Shown here piece after piece: positions 12,246 to 25,151 of a stretch of DNA of 64,000 bases. Each line of letters begins with the position of its first letter. The first letter of the stretch is position 1. The stretch is from Callorhinchus milii (taxonomy: Eukaryota), in NCBI RefSeq assembly GCF_018977255.1, contig NW_024704742.1, positions 56,608,001 to 56,672,000 on the forward strand, given 5' to 3'. The notes beneath the pieces were generated by a model, which worked only from the letters and a program-made list of their open reading frames with translations, was not told where the DNA came from and made no database searches. The position numbers and the translations under genes were made by a program.

Positions 12246-13434
12246 ATGGGTTAATCAAAACATCACAGATCAGGAATTTTCACCCCTTGAAGTGACGTTA
12301 AAAATGAATAATTGGTAAGAATATAGATATTCGAATGCAGTAGTTTGTGAGCATAATGAATGTTATTTAATTATAATCTCAGGCCAAACTGCTGGAGCTC
12401 AGCTCTGATGCTGATCTCCTGTGGGGACAGGAGCCTCCGGGGTCACATGGTTTTGTGGCAGTCACAACTGAAGGTCAGTTTCCAAGTGGAGTTCCGGAGA
12501 TTTGACCTGAGATGCATACAGGCGCCTGCAAGATTTGCTATTTAATAAATCTCTGTGAGTCTTATATTATATATTATCCTCGGAAAAACTAGAAATCAGT
12601 CTTATTATTCTTTGCTATAATGAGATGTTAAATAAGGAGCCAGACCGAAGTGGATCTGAACTTATTAATCTGAAGACATACCATGTGAGTTTGATCACAT
12701 ACGAGTACAGGGGAAGAAATAAAACATAGAATCATTGAAGGGAAAATGAAAAATAATCCCTCTAGACATGAAAATCAACTGGCAAGCCTTTCAGTACTTA
12801 AAGGACTGTTCAGTTTATTGAAGTGAAATCCCACAGAATATGTGTTTGTATTTAAACTTAACAACGAACAGTAAAGTTTAAATACAGTCTGGGCACTAAG
12901 TCTGGCGTCATTTTGCTACATCAAATAAACTCAAACAATGTGATAACATACTCCTACAATAATGTTTAAATCACAGGACCACATGGTAGTCATAACTAGA
13001 TATACCTATAAGCTTATAATATTTATAAGATGATAAGGTTATAAAATTACCAGATGCTGTGGCTGATACCTGGTAATAGGAAATCTAAATCTTTATGGAC
13101 ATTATTTTACCTATATTTTTTAGTGCATCAAGCTACCAATGTGGTGCAACTTTAACACATTGGCACCTTTTACTTTGATGCAAAACAAAGCTCCCGCTAT
13201 CCAAGTTTTATCCCTAAACCCCAGAAAAGAATCTCCTATTACACTGGTGACAGTTTTCTATTTTTCACTCTAAGCTATCCTTACTGGCAAAAAATCTCCA
13301 CTTTCTGTTTGATCCTGTGGACCTGTGAACACCATGGCTTGAAATATTAAGCTTGAAAAAGTAGTTTACCAGGAAAATAGTAGCATAAATAACACTTCAA
13401 TGTTGGAAATTTTGAGACATAAATTATTGTGCAG

Positions 13435-14437
13435 ATTTCCTCAGGGCTCTGTCCTTGGTCCCCTCCTCTTCAATATCTATATGCTCCCTCTTGGTGACAT
13501 CATCCTCAGATATGGGGTCAATTTCCAATTAGAGTTGGAAATTACGGTTGACGCCAGGACCACTGCTGTCCTGACAGAATGTCTGTCATTTTCTTCAGTT
13601 GAATGGCAACAAGACCGAGGGGCTCCTGATTGGCTCCCGTCAGCGCCTCCTCACTTCAGGTGCTGACAGCATCACCATCTATGGTTGCACACTCCACTTT
13701 ACTAAGCCAGTCTGGAACATTGGCATCTTGTTTGACCCTCAACTATCTTTCTACTCCACACCTGTGCCATGACCCGCTCTGCCTTCCCCCACCTCCGCAA
13801 CATCGCCCGGTTCCACCACTGTCTCACACCGCAGGCCACCGAAACCCTCATACACGCTTTCATTACATCAGGTTTGACGAAACAAACTCCCTGCTTGTTG
13901 GCCTCCCCAACTCCTCTCTCCATAGGCTGCAGATCATCCAGAACTCTGCAGCCCATGTCCTCTCCCGCACCAGGCTCTGCGACCCTATCACCCCATCCTT
14001 GCCCGACTCCACTGGCTTCCCATCACACAGAGGATACAGTTCAAGATCCTGGTCCCCAATTTCAAAGCCCTCCATAGTTTTACTCCCCCTATCTCTGTGA
14101 CCTCCTAACCCCCTACCATCCTCCAGCGGGCTCTGGCCTGCTTCATGTCCCCCACCTCACCTGCCCCACTAGTGGCAGGTGGGCCTTCCGCCACTCTGTC
14201 CCCACACTCTGGAACTTCATACTGCAGACCCTCCATCTTGCCCACTCCCTTGCCTCTGTCAGGACCAATCTCAAGACCCTCCACTTCGACCATACTTTCG
14301 ATCTCCCTGCTTCTCCACCTGCCCTCCACCCTCCCCGATCCTGACCCCCATCTTGGGTCCAAAACTCCGTCTGTCCAGCGCCTTGGGATGTCCTCCCGAA
14401 GTGAAAGGTGCTATTCAAATATAATTTTGTTGTTATT
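13435..14437 (+). mobile_element. L2 LINE, 5'-truncated, degenerate RT through 3' tail
   Basis: [69 protein letters not shown]; ends in stem-loop and ttgttgtt. Confidence 0.95.
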
Positions 14438-14764
14438 CATGTAAAGTCATTCTCCTCCAGGGAATAATGTGTAGACTACACTGGCACAAGCCTTGGCTCA
14501 AATTATGGGTGGTCTTAAATTTGAGATGTTGCAGTACAGTGTGCTTATAGCATGCTGTTGTTTTCCAGATGAGTAGTCTTTCATCTCCATTGTGTGCTGA
14601 AGAGCAACAAGTGTCATTACAGGACCTGGAGCTAGAGTAAAGCAATGAAGAAAGCCTCACAGAATTTATTTTCATGAGCAAAAAGATTAATGGAATGTGA
14701 TCCAAGCTTCCATAATGCACAATGTAAATATTGATGTATTGTAGAATCTATGAAAAGAGTAAAA

Positions 14765-14960
14765 ATTGATCACTCAATCCATGGCTGTTTGTGGAACTCG
14801 GTTGTGCACATTGTCAGCCACATTTAGCCCACAAAACACAGTCAATTCACTGTACAATATATTTTGTTAACCACTTTAAGATATGTCAATGACACGGTAA
14901 GTTGCTATATGAAATCCAAGGAATATTACTATTACTATATAATAATAATCCTTGCATTTT
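14765..14960 (+). mobile_element. SINE 3' fragment, tail-to-tail with an inverted SINE tail
   Basis: atcactcaatccatggctgtttgtgg...aatccaaggaatattact followed by aataataatccttgcattt. Confidence 0.7.
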
Positions 14961-15519
14961 ACATAATATAAATATCCTTGCATTTGTGGTCCACTATTTA
15001 TCGTGGACCACGAACGCAGAATTATCATAGATGTTGATTGAAAATAAATGGATCTTGAACAAGGCTGTAGAATGGGATTCCTCCACACCCACCCACCCCC
15101 CACAGAGTGGTGGATACATGAACAGACTCCCAACTGAGCTGTTGCTGTTGTGTGAATTTACACCTTCAAAAAAGAACAGGATAAGTATGTACTTTGGAAA
15201 CGTTTTTGAGGCTAATGTGGTAGTTGGAAATTGATACCCTACCCAAATCCCCCACACCTCGGGATAGTTGGACGGGTGAAGCCCAAGATAGAGAAGGTTT
15301 TTGTTCGGTCAATGAAAAAAGTGCCAACGTCAAGGGTGTGATGAATGTCACCCATTCTTTGCTTTCTTAGTTGCAGACTGTTTAATTTCATAGATTATCC
15401 TTATAATCAGCAGAGAGGAGACTCAGCTCAATTCAAAACCTTATCCCTGGTTGCTTTCAAGAGGGAACCAGACAGATGTCCAAAAGGGCATATGGAAAAA
15501 TGCATGGGCATATGGAAAT

Positions 15520-15615
15520 AGCAGGTGAATAGGACGAGATGGGTAGCTCTTTCAAAGTGCCAGCAGACACAATGGGCTGAATGGCTTTCTTCTGTGCTGT
15601 AAATTTCTGCAGTGT
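15520..15615 (+). mobile_element. CR1 3' UTR fragment
   Basis: agctctttcaaagtgccagcagacacaatgggctgaatggctttcttctgtgctgtaaatttct. Confidence 0.75.
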
Positions 15616-15999
15616 AGAAACATTGCAATTCTGCAATTCTGTGGTATAACACAACAAGCTAACATGATGAAGACAAATGAATACATTACAAGTAAATTTT
15701 ATATGCATAAAAATAGTGATCACTTATAAGGATACATTGACATACTGACTGCATAGTTGTAGGATTCATTATTTAGAAATTAATTTGCAGTTGCTACAAA
15801 TTAGACCCTGTAACCTTATGCTTTGGGAATAGATTGACCATTAGTACATTTTTTATTATTTATAATGCACGTGATAGAAGAAAAAAAATATTGTGGTATT
15901 GTATGTCTGATCCTAAAGGTTGTTGTAGACAAAATCAGGCCTTCAATGTACAGTGGAAAACAGAGAAACTTGTCACTGGCGTATTTGATAGCCCTATCA

Positions 16000-16325
16000 C
16001 CTCTGGGCAAAAATGTTATGAGTTCCAAGTCCACATCAAGGCTTCAAGCCCATAGTCTTGGCTAAAACTCCAATGCCGTGCTGTGAGTGCATTATCAGAG
16101 GTGCGATGTTAAATTGAGATGGATTTAATTTTTCAGATGGCTGTTAAACATCCCATGGCACAATTTGAATAGAGACAGTGTGCCTGGCCAACAATTCTAC
16201 AAATAAAATCGGTCACTTCATGGCTGTTTCTGGGACAGTGCTGTGCAAACTGGCTTCTGGGTTTACCTATAGTGAAGCCTGTGGAGACATTTTGACAAAT
16301 TTGTAAGCAAATGCAAGGATTAATA
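16000..16325 (+). mobile_element. Old DeuSINE
   Basis: gagttccaagtcc (B-box-like)...cagatggctgttaaacatcccatggcacaatttgaa...ggctgtttctgggacagtgctgtgcaaactggct. Confidence 0.7.
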
Positions 16326-16642
16326 TTGATACTTAAAACAGTTTATATTGAAATATTGAATGACGTTTCTCAAAATTACAGAACATCATACACAATTATA
16401 TTCACAAACAATAATTCACATTTTATTGCATGAATGCATATGATTGCCTGTGTTTTAATTTAATTTATATTGCTGATAGTAGTCCATTGGAAACAAACTT
16501 TGAAAATGCTTAAGATGTAGAAATAAACAAATATAAGAGCTTATATCACTGTTGTTTAAACACCAAAGGAACATTGAAGCTCCCATGATTAATATTGGGC
16601 TGTGTAATTTGTACAGTGTGAAATTTTTACTATTCAATAAAT

Positions 16643-16886
16643 ACAACAACAAGATTTCATTTATAGAGTGCCTTTCACGTAGGGAGGACGTCCCAAGGCG
16701 CTGGACAGTTGGGTCGAGACCTGAGCAGGGGGGAAATGGTCAGGGTGAGGGAAGGGAGGGAGCGAGGAGGGGGTAGAGAGTCGAGAGGGGAGCTGAAGGC
16801 ACGGTCAAAGAGAAAGGTCTTGAGACCGGCCTTGAAAGAGGAAAGGGAGGAAGCAAGGTGAAGGCACTGGGGGATGGAGTTCCAGA
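16643..16886 (-). mobile_element. Young L2 LINE 3' end
   Basis: Near-identical reverse complement of ~44903-45140; translation WNSIPQCLHLASSLSSFKAGLKTFLFDRAF. Confidence 0.95.
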
Positions 16887-16932
16887 TAATATACAATATG
16901 ATATACAATAATATACAATATAATATACAATA
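16887..16932 (+). repeat. Short tandem repeat, (ATATACAAT)n-like
   Basis: Four copies of atatacaat in ~45 bp, directly at the L2 5' truncation point. Confidence 0.85.
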
Positions 16933-17559
16933 GTCCCTAAATATTCTCTCAAAACTCCATATTGTTTCCCAGTAATAACATTTTTTAAAGGAAATTATTT
17001 ATTTTACTTTGCTCTTGCAACAAGCCAGTTTGTTCAATTAAAAGCACTGGAAGTCTGTCTATACGTAATACTTTCTACGGGCAATATGCTCTCCTGGGAA
17101 GTAATTCTGCAATAGACAGGTTGACCAAGGGTGAATGTATTAAATGTTTCCTTTGCCTGTAACCAAGAGAAATGCTCTTATCAATAACTTCCTTGTGGTT
17201 CGATAGTGCAGTTCAACTCTGGAGAGTGTTGCTCAGTAAAAGCTGATATATTAGCCAATTTATCACTGTGATATATAGTGACAGTGGCACTATTAAGGTC
17301 AAGAGAATTTATATGAACTGAGTACTTTTACTTCGGGGCATTATTAATTGAGATAGTGTGCAATCAAATTGCAATCAAATTTGAGGTATTCCTAAATCCA
17401 TTCCATTCCTTAATTAAGGAATGAGATTGAAATGGATTTTGAACTCTTTCACTCTCCTCCCCACTTCTGAAAAACCCCACCATCTTGAGTCCCAGCTGGA
17501 GGAGACAGCATAGAGGCGGGAGGATGGCACTCATGGCTGCGCCTGAGAGGAGAAGAGAT

Positions 17560-17815
17560 AATGGACTGTTGAGACCCGAAGGATAGGGATGGTAACAGAG
17601 AAGAATTTCAGGATAAGCACCAGGAAGTATTTATTTAATCAGAGGGTAATTACCAACTGGATTAGTTTACCAGAGAGGTGCCCTGGGGGGCCAGAGCATG
17701 GACGCGTTTAAAAAAAACTGCTTGAATCTGTAATGGGAGGATGGTAGGGTGTGTATTCTGGAAGGATGGGATCAGGTGAGCCAAAGGGCTTCCTTCATCC
17801 AACCTCTCTTGTACT
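17560..17815 (+). mobile_element. Old CR1-like 3' fragment
   Basis: ttcaggataagcaccaggaagtatttatttaatcagagggtaattaccaactgg...gagccaaagggcttccttcatcc. Confidence 0.65.
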
Positions 17816-18341
17816 CTTTAATGAAATATATTTTGCAGTAGTAATAAAACAGGGTGGTCAGAGTCATTGAAATCAAAATTAGATTGCCTTTTAGATTCAG
17901 TTGGCAATAAGATAGCTTAACTTCATCTCACAGAATAGGTCAGGGGAATGGAAAGGTAAGGGTAGGTAGGTAGTTTGTCTTTGAAGAATTAACCTTGCAT
18001 TTATTAAATTTTCATTTCAATCCTCATCATGCAGCCTTGAAATTCAATGTAGTATTGTTAGATTTTCACATCTGTACAATATTTTCTGAACTCTTCAACA
18101 AAGGTACATTCTTGTATTGACTCCTACTTCTTTTTTTCCTCTATATCACAGCCAAACAACAATGAAAAATAATATTCCTTCCATTTGATATTGTTTCTTT
18201 CACCTTTGGGATGATGTGCCTAAGCGCTTCACAGGATTTATTGTAACATGTAGTGACTGCATATGTTGTATACAAATTGCATTATTAGATCATTTCCTTT
18301 TTGATTGTAATTTTAATTAATCCTTTTAAAATGTTTTACAG

Positions 18342-18482
18342 GCTTACCTCATGTTTCATTTCACTGTACAAGTTTCAGATAATTCATGGTGCCATGATGG
18401 TGGTGCCATTTTTGTTGAAAATCATAAAGAAGTAACTCTACAGACAAAAGCATCCCTCAGAATTTGTCAGGGGAAGAGAAAG
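18342..18482 (+). other. Candidate coding exon, 141 nt, phase 0-0, unknown product
   Basis: Acceptor tgttttacag, donor AAG|gtaagg; the only open frame reads AYLMFHFTVQVSDNSWCHDGGAIFVENHKEVTLQTKASLRICQGKRK. Confidence 0.2.
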
Positions 18483-18849
18483 GTAAGGGTAGGAATGGAG
18501 TTAGTCTTAAAAAAATTGACTTTACATTTGTGAAATTTTCTTTTCAATCCTCATAAGGCAGCTTTCAAATTCAATGCCGATTTTCACATTTGTACACACA
18601 TCATCATCTACTCCCAATACAAGAAAAACTATTAACAAAGGCTTGCAAAAAGCAATGTTTCATAATCAATTTCACCAGTAAGATAATGTTATATAAGCTG
18701 TAATAAAGCATTTGCAACTTTCCAACTACCGCTAAAGACTGGCCACTTTTGTGACCAACCACCCCCAATATTGACACAATGGTGGAGTTCAAAGATTTAA
18801 GTATTAAGTTGCTCTTTTTAATGGCTATTTGAATGTCGCTATAATGGCT

Positions 18850-18995
18850 ATAATAATCTTTGCACTTGATATAGCACCTCATCACATTGGCGAGAATCTC
18901 AAAGTGCTTCACAGGATATATTCTAAAGTGGTTTTGACGTGTATTTTGTGGGCAAAACAAGTCACTTAGTTTGCACACAGCAATGTCCCACAAAC
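18850..18995 (-). mobile_element. SINE 3' fragment
   Basis: ataataatctttgcacttgatatagcacc...tttgcacacagcaatgtcccacaaacag. Confidence 0.85.
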
Positions 18996-19611
18996 AGAAT
19001 ATTCATTAATTCATCAGAGATTGGTCACTCACACAAACAGCCATGGTGTGAGTGGCCAATCGCTGATGAATTAATGAATATTTTAAGAAGCAGAACTGGA
19101 ACACTGGTTCAAGGATCAGGAACAAAAAACACTGATAGAAACAAGGGGGCAGGTGCTATCACATCCATGGCCAGGAACAGATGGGGGAAAAAGTGATGTG
19201 TTATAACGGGCAAAACATATGATATGAATTATCAAGCACTTTGCAATGTTTGTCAAGCAAAGGTACTTCATTAATGCACGTTTTAGGGTTTCTCAACCTC
19301 CCCCACCCCATTACCAGACTGGCCAGAATTCGCATACATTGGTGTTGTCAAAACTATATGCATTTATTCACTTGGATTATAGAAATTGATAATAATCATT
19401 AATTGGAGGTTTTAACAAGGAAGAAAGAGAGCTATCCACTTTCACTCTTGATATCTCTTTACATATAACTAATACTTTTATTAGCTACACTTGAGAGCCA
19501 GTTATCTACACTAATTGGGACTGGTCCCATTGTGGATATGGAAACGGGATAATGGGTCAGAAAGCTAAGTACTAATTGGCAGTGATGCACTGTGACAGCC
19601 CTTCAGACTCT

Positions 19612-19730
19612 CTGTCTTTCTTTCCCATGTTTTCTCTCCTTTTCTTTTTTTCTCTCTTATTTTCTCTGAGAGTGAATCTCTCTTTCTCTGACTTTCACAT
19701 TCTCTCTCTTGCTGTCTCTCTCTCTCCCCC
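19612..19730 (+). repeat. CT-rich low-complexity tract
   Basis: Runs of tctctc and ttttc. Confidence 0.7.
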
Positions 19731-20224
19731 TACACTATACCTAAATAAATATTTGTGTTGCTGGCCCTTAGTCGCACTGCGCGAGTAAATTGCAATGAGT
19801 CCAAATCCCAACTCTCAGATTGTAGGTGTGTGGATGAGAGTGAGGTAAAATAGACCCCAATGATTTCTGTGTTCCTGGTGCCAAGGCAGAGTAATGGTCG
19901 AGGAAAAGGAGGTCAATTTTGAACAGTGATAATATGGAAATGGATGACTATACTGTGGAAGATTTGCTTAATTGCCTTTTGAAGATTAGCGAATATCTAC
20001 TCAGAATTCTTTGCCCCTGAGAGACAGAGCAGGTAGCTTGGACTCCACAACAGTGTAGGTTTTGCACAGACTCCGAATGTAATGGGTTTGATGGGCTAAA
20101 ATAGCCTTTTCTCATGTTGTGCTTTCTTATGTTGTTGATTAAAGCAATAAATATTATTCAGAATGTAACACTGATTTGGAGGCAAGAATGAACTCTTAGA
20201 AGGTGTCTTATGATGTATGTATAT

Positions 20225-20430
20225 GAATAATAATCCTTGTATTTGATATAGCACTTTATGTCATTGAAATTTCTCCTTGCTTCACAGGATTTATAGTGTA
20301 GTTACTGTATTTTGTAGGTGAAGGCAGCAGTTAATTTTTGCCACAACAATGTCCCAGAAACAGCCTTGAAGTGAATAACCAATTTTATCTGGAGGATTGT
20401 TGGCCAGGACACTGGGAGAAATTCCTTTCT
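20225..20430 (-). mobile_element. DeuSINE fragment
   Basis: aataataatccttgtatttgatatagc...aatgtcccagaaacagcc...tggccaggacactgggagaa. Confidence 0.85.
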
Positions 20431-21619
20431 CTTATGCATGAAAAATGTATTCACATTCAATTTACTGAAACTGGGCAGTGTTCTGGTATGAACAAACAAA
20501 CAAACAAAGCATCTCATTGAGTTGGCTATTTTATTTGTCCTGTTGATCTTGTGGTATATAATCCTGGCATTCAGTGAGGTCCCTGAGATAGGTATGCTTT
20601 GCAAGTACAGCAAGAATTCACCTAATCTAATCCTAAAAGTATGTCTCCTATTTTAATGGATTGTTGTAACCATTAGCAAGAGTGCCAGTGAAGTCGATGC
20701 CAAGTAGAATAACAAAGCCTTGAAATCCCTGGCAACAAGAAGCAGCATAACAGAACATTTCCTGTTGTTGGAGAAGATGGTGGTATGCCAGCAGGGAATG
20801 CAACCTAACACTTTGAATCGAGTGGGAATAAAATTCATGTAACCAAAGGTTGACAAACATATTTACTTGTGATAAATGACCAAACGTAATTCAAAAGTTG
20901 CCTGCTTTAACAAAAGCACCAGAAAACTTCTTAAGATGTCAATCTTTTAAATCATTTCTTAATATTACTCTTCATTAAATCTTGTTGATATAATAAAACG
21001 CAGTCTTGGTTGTCTACCTATTGTAATTGACCATGAAACACTTTCAGTCATTATGGACAATATGTCAAATGCAGCGAGTTTGGAATAAAATAAACTGTTT
21101 TACTAATCATTTTAACATGCCCGCTACTTCTGTATTAAAGATGCTGGAGGGAAACAACAGGGAAGAAAATAATTGGTAGACATATGTTCAACAAAGTACC
21201 AACAATCAGTACTATATAAGCCAAAGGAGACTAATGTTGAATTTATACCTAGCTAAGAACCTTTAACAAGTGAATTATATATAATTCAACCATAAAAACT
21301 CACCAAGAATGCTATTATCTTTACTTCAGAAGGCATCAACACATAAAACATAACAGCTTAACCCTGATTAAAACACAAGGTGAGCTCCATTGGGCATCGT
21401 AATCTTTGGGAAAACAATAGAGCAGAATTTATTGTTCAAATAAACCCTAGATTTAGATTGTTTCTTTAAATTACTTGTACACATATATATCAAAATTAAT
21501 GTATTCACACTGATTGAATTATTCTTTCTGATAGATGCTTTGTTAGTGGCATCAGTTTGTTTCATCGAATGTGAAGGGTTGGGTTTATAAGTCAAGAAAG
21601 CACAACATTACTATTACAA

Positions 21620-22100
21620 TACTAACAATAGTAAGCCTTGTATTTGATATTGTGCCTTATGTCATCAAGACATCTCAAAATGCTTCACAGGATATACTGT
21701 AAAATGATGTTGCTGTGTGTATTATCTGAGCGATTGAATTCCTTCAATTTAATAATATTAATAATCCTCGCATTTGATATTAGGCTTTTCACGTCTTCGA
21801 GTTGACAAAGTGCTTCACAGAATATACTACGAATAGGCCCACTCAGGAAGCTACTGTGCTTAGTCTGTTTGAATACCTATCTCCCAATAATATAAAATGC
21901 ATATCCAGAATCTCCTGTAGTAATATGCCTCAAGTTCTGAAGAGCCAGTCTTATGCTGTTACAACGCTTTTCGCAAGTAGCTTTGATAATAATAATAATC
22001 CTTGCATTTGGTGTAGTGCCTTATCACTTTGTTGAGACATCTCAAAGTGCTTCACAAAATATAATGTGAAGTAAAAGTACTTCGTATTTTGTGGATGAAA
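21620..22100 (-). mobile_element. Cluster of three SINE 3' tails
   Basis: Three reversed tail motifs (ccttg/cctcg...atttg...tgcttcaca) at ~21635, ~21765 and ~22000. Confidence 0.75.
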
Positions 22101-22129
22101 TCATGGAGGTGTGACCCCACACTCCCTAC

Positions 22130-22244
22130 CTGTGGACTGGTTGTCTGCAGCTTCGGTTGACCCCACTCCAGGGTCTGAGACAGGAAGCTCAGCGGTGGGA
22201 GCGCACTCTCCTTTCAATAACTTGCTGACTGCAGCTTTAGCCAT
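22130..22244 (-). other. Candidate ATG-initiated phase-1 exon (MAKAAVSKLLKGECAPTAELPVSDPGVGSTEAADNQST+G)
   Basis: Kozak-like gggATGG, locally GC-richer unique sequence, CAG|gtaggg donor; no homology recognised. Confidence 0.2.
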
Positions 22245-23544
22245 CCCCCCGCCTTCAGTGTATGGCTCAAATTCACTTCAAGAGTATTCCAATTTCAGGA
22301 TATTTACTTTACACGGAAACATTGGGAATCAATTTTGCAGTTTTTAACAGTATTTCTTCCTGAAGAAATCTGTAATGCTTACTCATACAAACACTTTAAA
22401 TCATTTTATTTTCAGTTAATCCTGGAACTAGCATGATGTACTTCCTGTTACTGGAGTGAATCCCTATTTGGAATTCTTCTTAGTTAAGAAATCCCACTGA
22501 GGTATATCACAGAATTGACTCTTTTTTTCAGGATAGTCATTTAAAAACAGTTGTATTTCAGATCCGTTTTGGTGAGAACATACTTTAAATTATTCCAAGC
22601 ATAAAAGCGTAGTCAATTGTCAGTTTTTATGCTTAAACAAAATGTTCTTTCACATCTGGATTTATTAACAAGGAATTTTAGTTGTTATTAATGTCATTTT
22701 GCTTTCCTTTCTTTTAGCTTAATTGTTCTCAAGTCCCTTGGGTGACATTTTACACCCATCTAAGCCCTTTAAATGTCAGCTGACTACATTAAATGCTGTA
22801 ATGTAGTCAACAGTATACTATTCCAAACATAACTCCTACCTATTAGTACAAACAGCTCTACCTGCTTTGTTCTGTAAGTAAATAAATCATCTACCACAAT
22901 GGTGAGATTGCAAAATAGAGAAGGGTGGATGGAGAGTTCACAATTCAGCGCAAACTGGGAGCTTCTAAAGATTTCCTCAACTCTCTCAGCAAAAATTCAT
23001 GTGTAATAGAAACACTGAATGTCTCTGTTAATTTATACTCCTTAAAGTGTACTGATCATTTGTGTGTGCAGTGTATCAAAGCAATTCACAGAATTTACTA
23101 TGAAGTGAGGTGATTGTGCATATGTAGGCAAACATTCAAATCATACATCAAGCAATGAGAAGTGGAACGAAATTCGACTCATATAGTGTCAGATAGATGA
23201 CAACAGTTTGGGAAACTAGTTTTGCAAAAGACTTACAGAGTTGCATGCAGTTTTTGTAATATTTAAGTAAAAGTGTAGACAAATGATCAAGAATTCTAAG
23301 TCTACGAAAGACATTACTTGGTACTTGGAATTATGTCAGTCTCTCATCTAAACATCCCACTTTGCACACGGTGATGTATTGGAAGATAGTACATTTTTTA
23401 AAAGTGGTTGTTTTCTGAAAGTATTAAATGCCTGAAAGGAACCAAAGAATGACAAGCGTATTAGAAAAAGAGATTTTAATTTAAAACAGAATTATGAGCG
23501 ATCTACTAAAAGATGTACATGAAATTCTGTTTGGGATATTTTCG

Positions 23545-23710
23545 TTTATAAACATGCTGGAATTTTAAAAGGGATGTTGATAAGCATATGTGGAGGAACG
23601 GCATTAGAGGGTAAAGAGCAAAGAATTGGGATTGGGATAGATAGCTTCATTGGAGGAGCAATCATCGACACAAATACAGTAAGTTGAATGGCTTTCAGCA
23701 CCTGCCTCTG
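23545..23710 (+). mobile_element. CR1 3' fragment
   Basis: ttttaaaagggatgttgataagcatatg...gggattgggatagatagcttc...ttgaatggct. Confidence 0.65.
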
Positions 23711-24814
23711 AGTCCAATCAAATCTTTTCGTTCCGTCACTTCTATATGAAGTTATCATAGTGAAAAGGGCTCGGAGCACTCCTCAAACAGACAACTTTTT
23801 CAAACGCGTCTTGTGAAGGCGGCACATCTCACAATGACTATTGTTTTGGCAGATGAAAGATGTCGAGGCTGGATATACAATTTATATTGCTGGTAAATGT
23901 CTTCAATCATTTCTAAACATTCTGCTGTGTACTCTTCACAATGTGCTCCACGGGCATATAGTGAGCGATCTGCTAAAAGAGGTACATGAATTAGTGCTGG
24001 CTGATGTATCGGGGGTCTGTCTTGTCTGTGGCTTATCTTTTTATATTAACCTTGGGACGTCTCCCAACATGAAAGGTACTGTATAAATACAAATTTGTGT
24101 TGTTGTTAATCCTCCTATAAATTGATAGCAGGAAGTTGGTTTGATCCTGGCTCTAGTTTCTCTGGGCTTGACTATCTTCAGAACACACATGATACAGCTG
24201 GTCCAGTTGTGCTTATTTGTCTCTGAGAGTGTTGAGGTATTTTTGTTTTGTTGACAGAAAATATGAAGGTTGTCGGGAATTATTGGCCACAGGGTTTATT
24301 TCTTGCGAGGGAGTATGTATAAGGGAGGAAGTTGGTTGACATTCATTTAAATAGGGAATATTTAAAGTGAATGAAAGCGTGTGTCCCATGCACATTCCAG
24401 TTAATAAATTCATATGTTTTTACAGTAATATAACATTACTGAGGCACACACCAGCTCACAGATCAATCTCATAGTTAAAACACACCTGAAAAATGTAGCG
24501 TGAAAGTGACAATGTAGTGAGAAGGTTCATTCACAAATGACAATTGCAGTTGTGCAGAGCTTGAGATACCTTGACCTCCTTGGATTAAAACAAACAGAAT
24601 ATGTAACAGTGCAAAGCTTCAAGGCATTTGTTTGAATTGAAGGATGCTGCATGTTGTAACTGCAAGTTTCTATTGTTATGATCAAATGGATTGAAGCCTT
24701 CAATAGAATGGCCTTAAGCAGAGAATGATGTGGCTTCCCCGGCGTGTTCATCACACAACTAGAGTTTAAAACTAACAAAGATCAAGTGAGATTAATGTTT
24801 GTGTGGATAGGATT

Positions 24815-25095
24815 CAACAAGAATTTACACTTGTACAGCACTTTCCACATTGGGAGAACAAAGACTGATTGGGAGCTTGAGCTGAGCGGAGAGTGGGAGA
24901 AATTAAAAAGGTGGGTCTTGGGCAGGATTTGAAAGCAAAGGAAAGGAGCAAGACTGCTGCTGCAAGGCTGCAGGCATTTGAAAGCGCGGATTCATAAAGT
25001 TGATCTGTTGGAGCATAAGGAGCCAAGGAGTTGAGCAAGGATGAGGAGGGGATGAACTTATGGAGCCATTTCTCTATGGTCTGCAGTTTGTGGAC
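24815..25095 (-). mobile_element. Old L2 3' fragment
   Basis: caacaagaatttacacttgtacagcactttccacattgggag...gtgggtcttgggcaggatttgaaag. Confidence 0.6.
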
Positions 25096-25151
25096 CCAGT
25101 CCTTTATTGAACAATTCCTTTTTTTTAGAAAAAGGATAAATCTCTACTTAC

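Noticed and set aside
12383..12473. Possible plus-strand exon (ctcag…GAAG|gtcagt)
   Set aside because: More than one frame is open, the acceptor is weak and the peptide is unrecognisable
12847..12886. 13-bp AT-rich inverted repeat (also small hairpins at ~14986-15011 and ~13047-13078)
   Set aside because: Short, with no supporting context; compatible with chance
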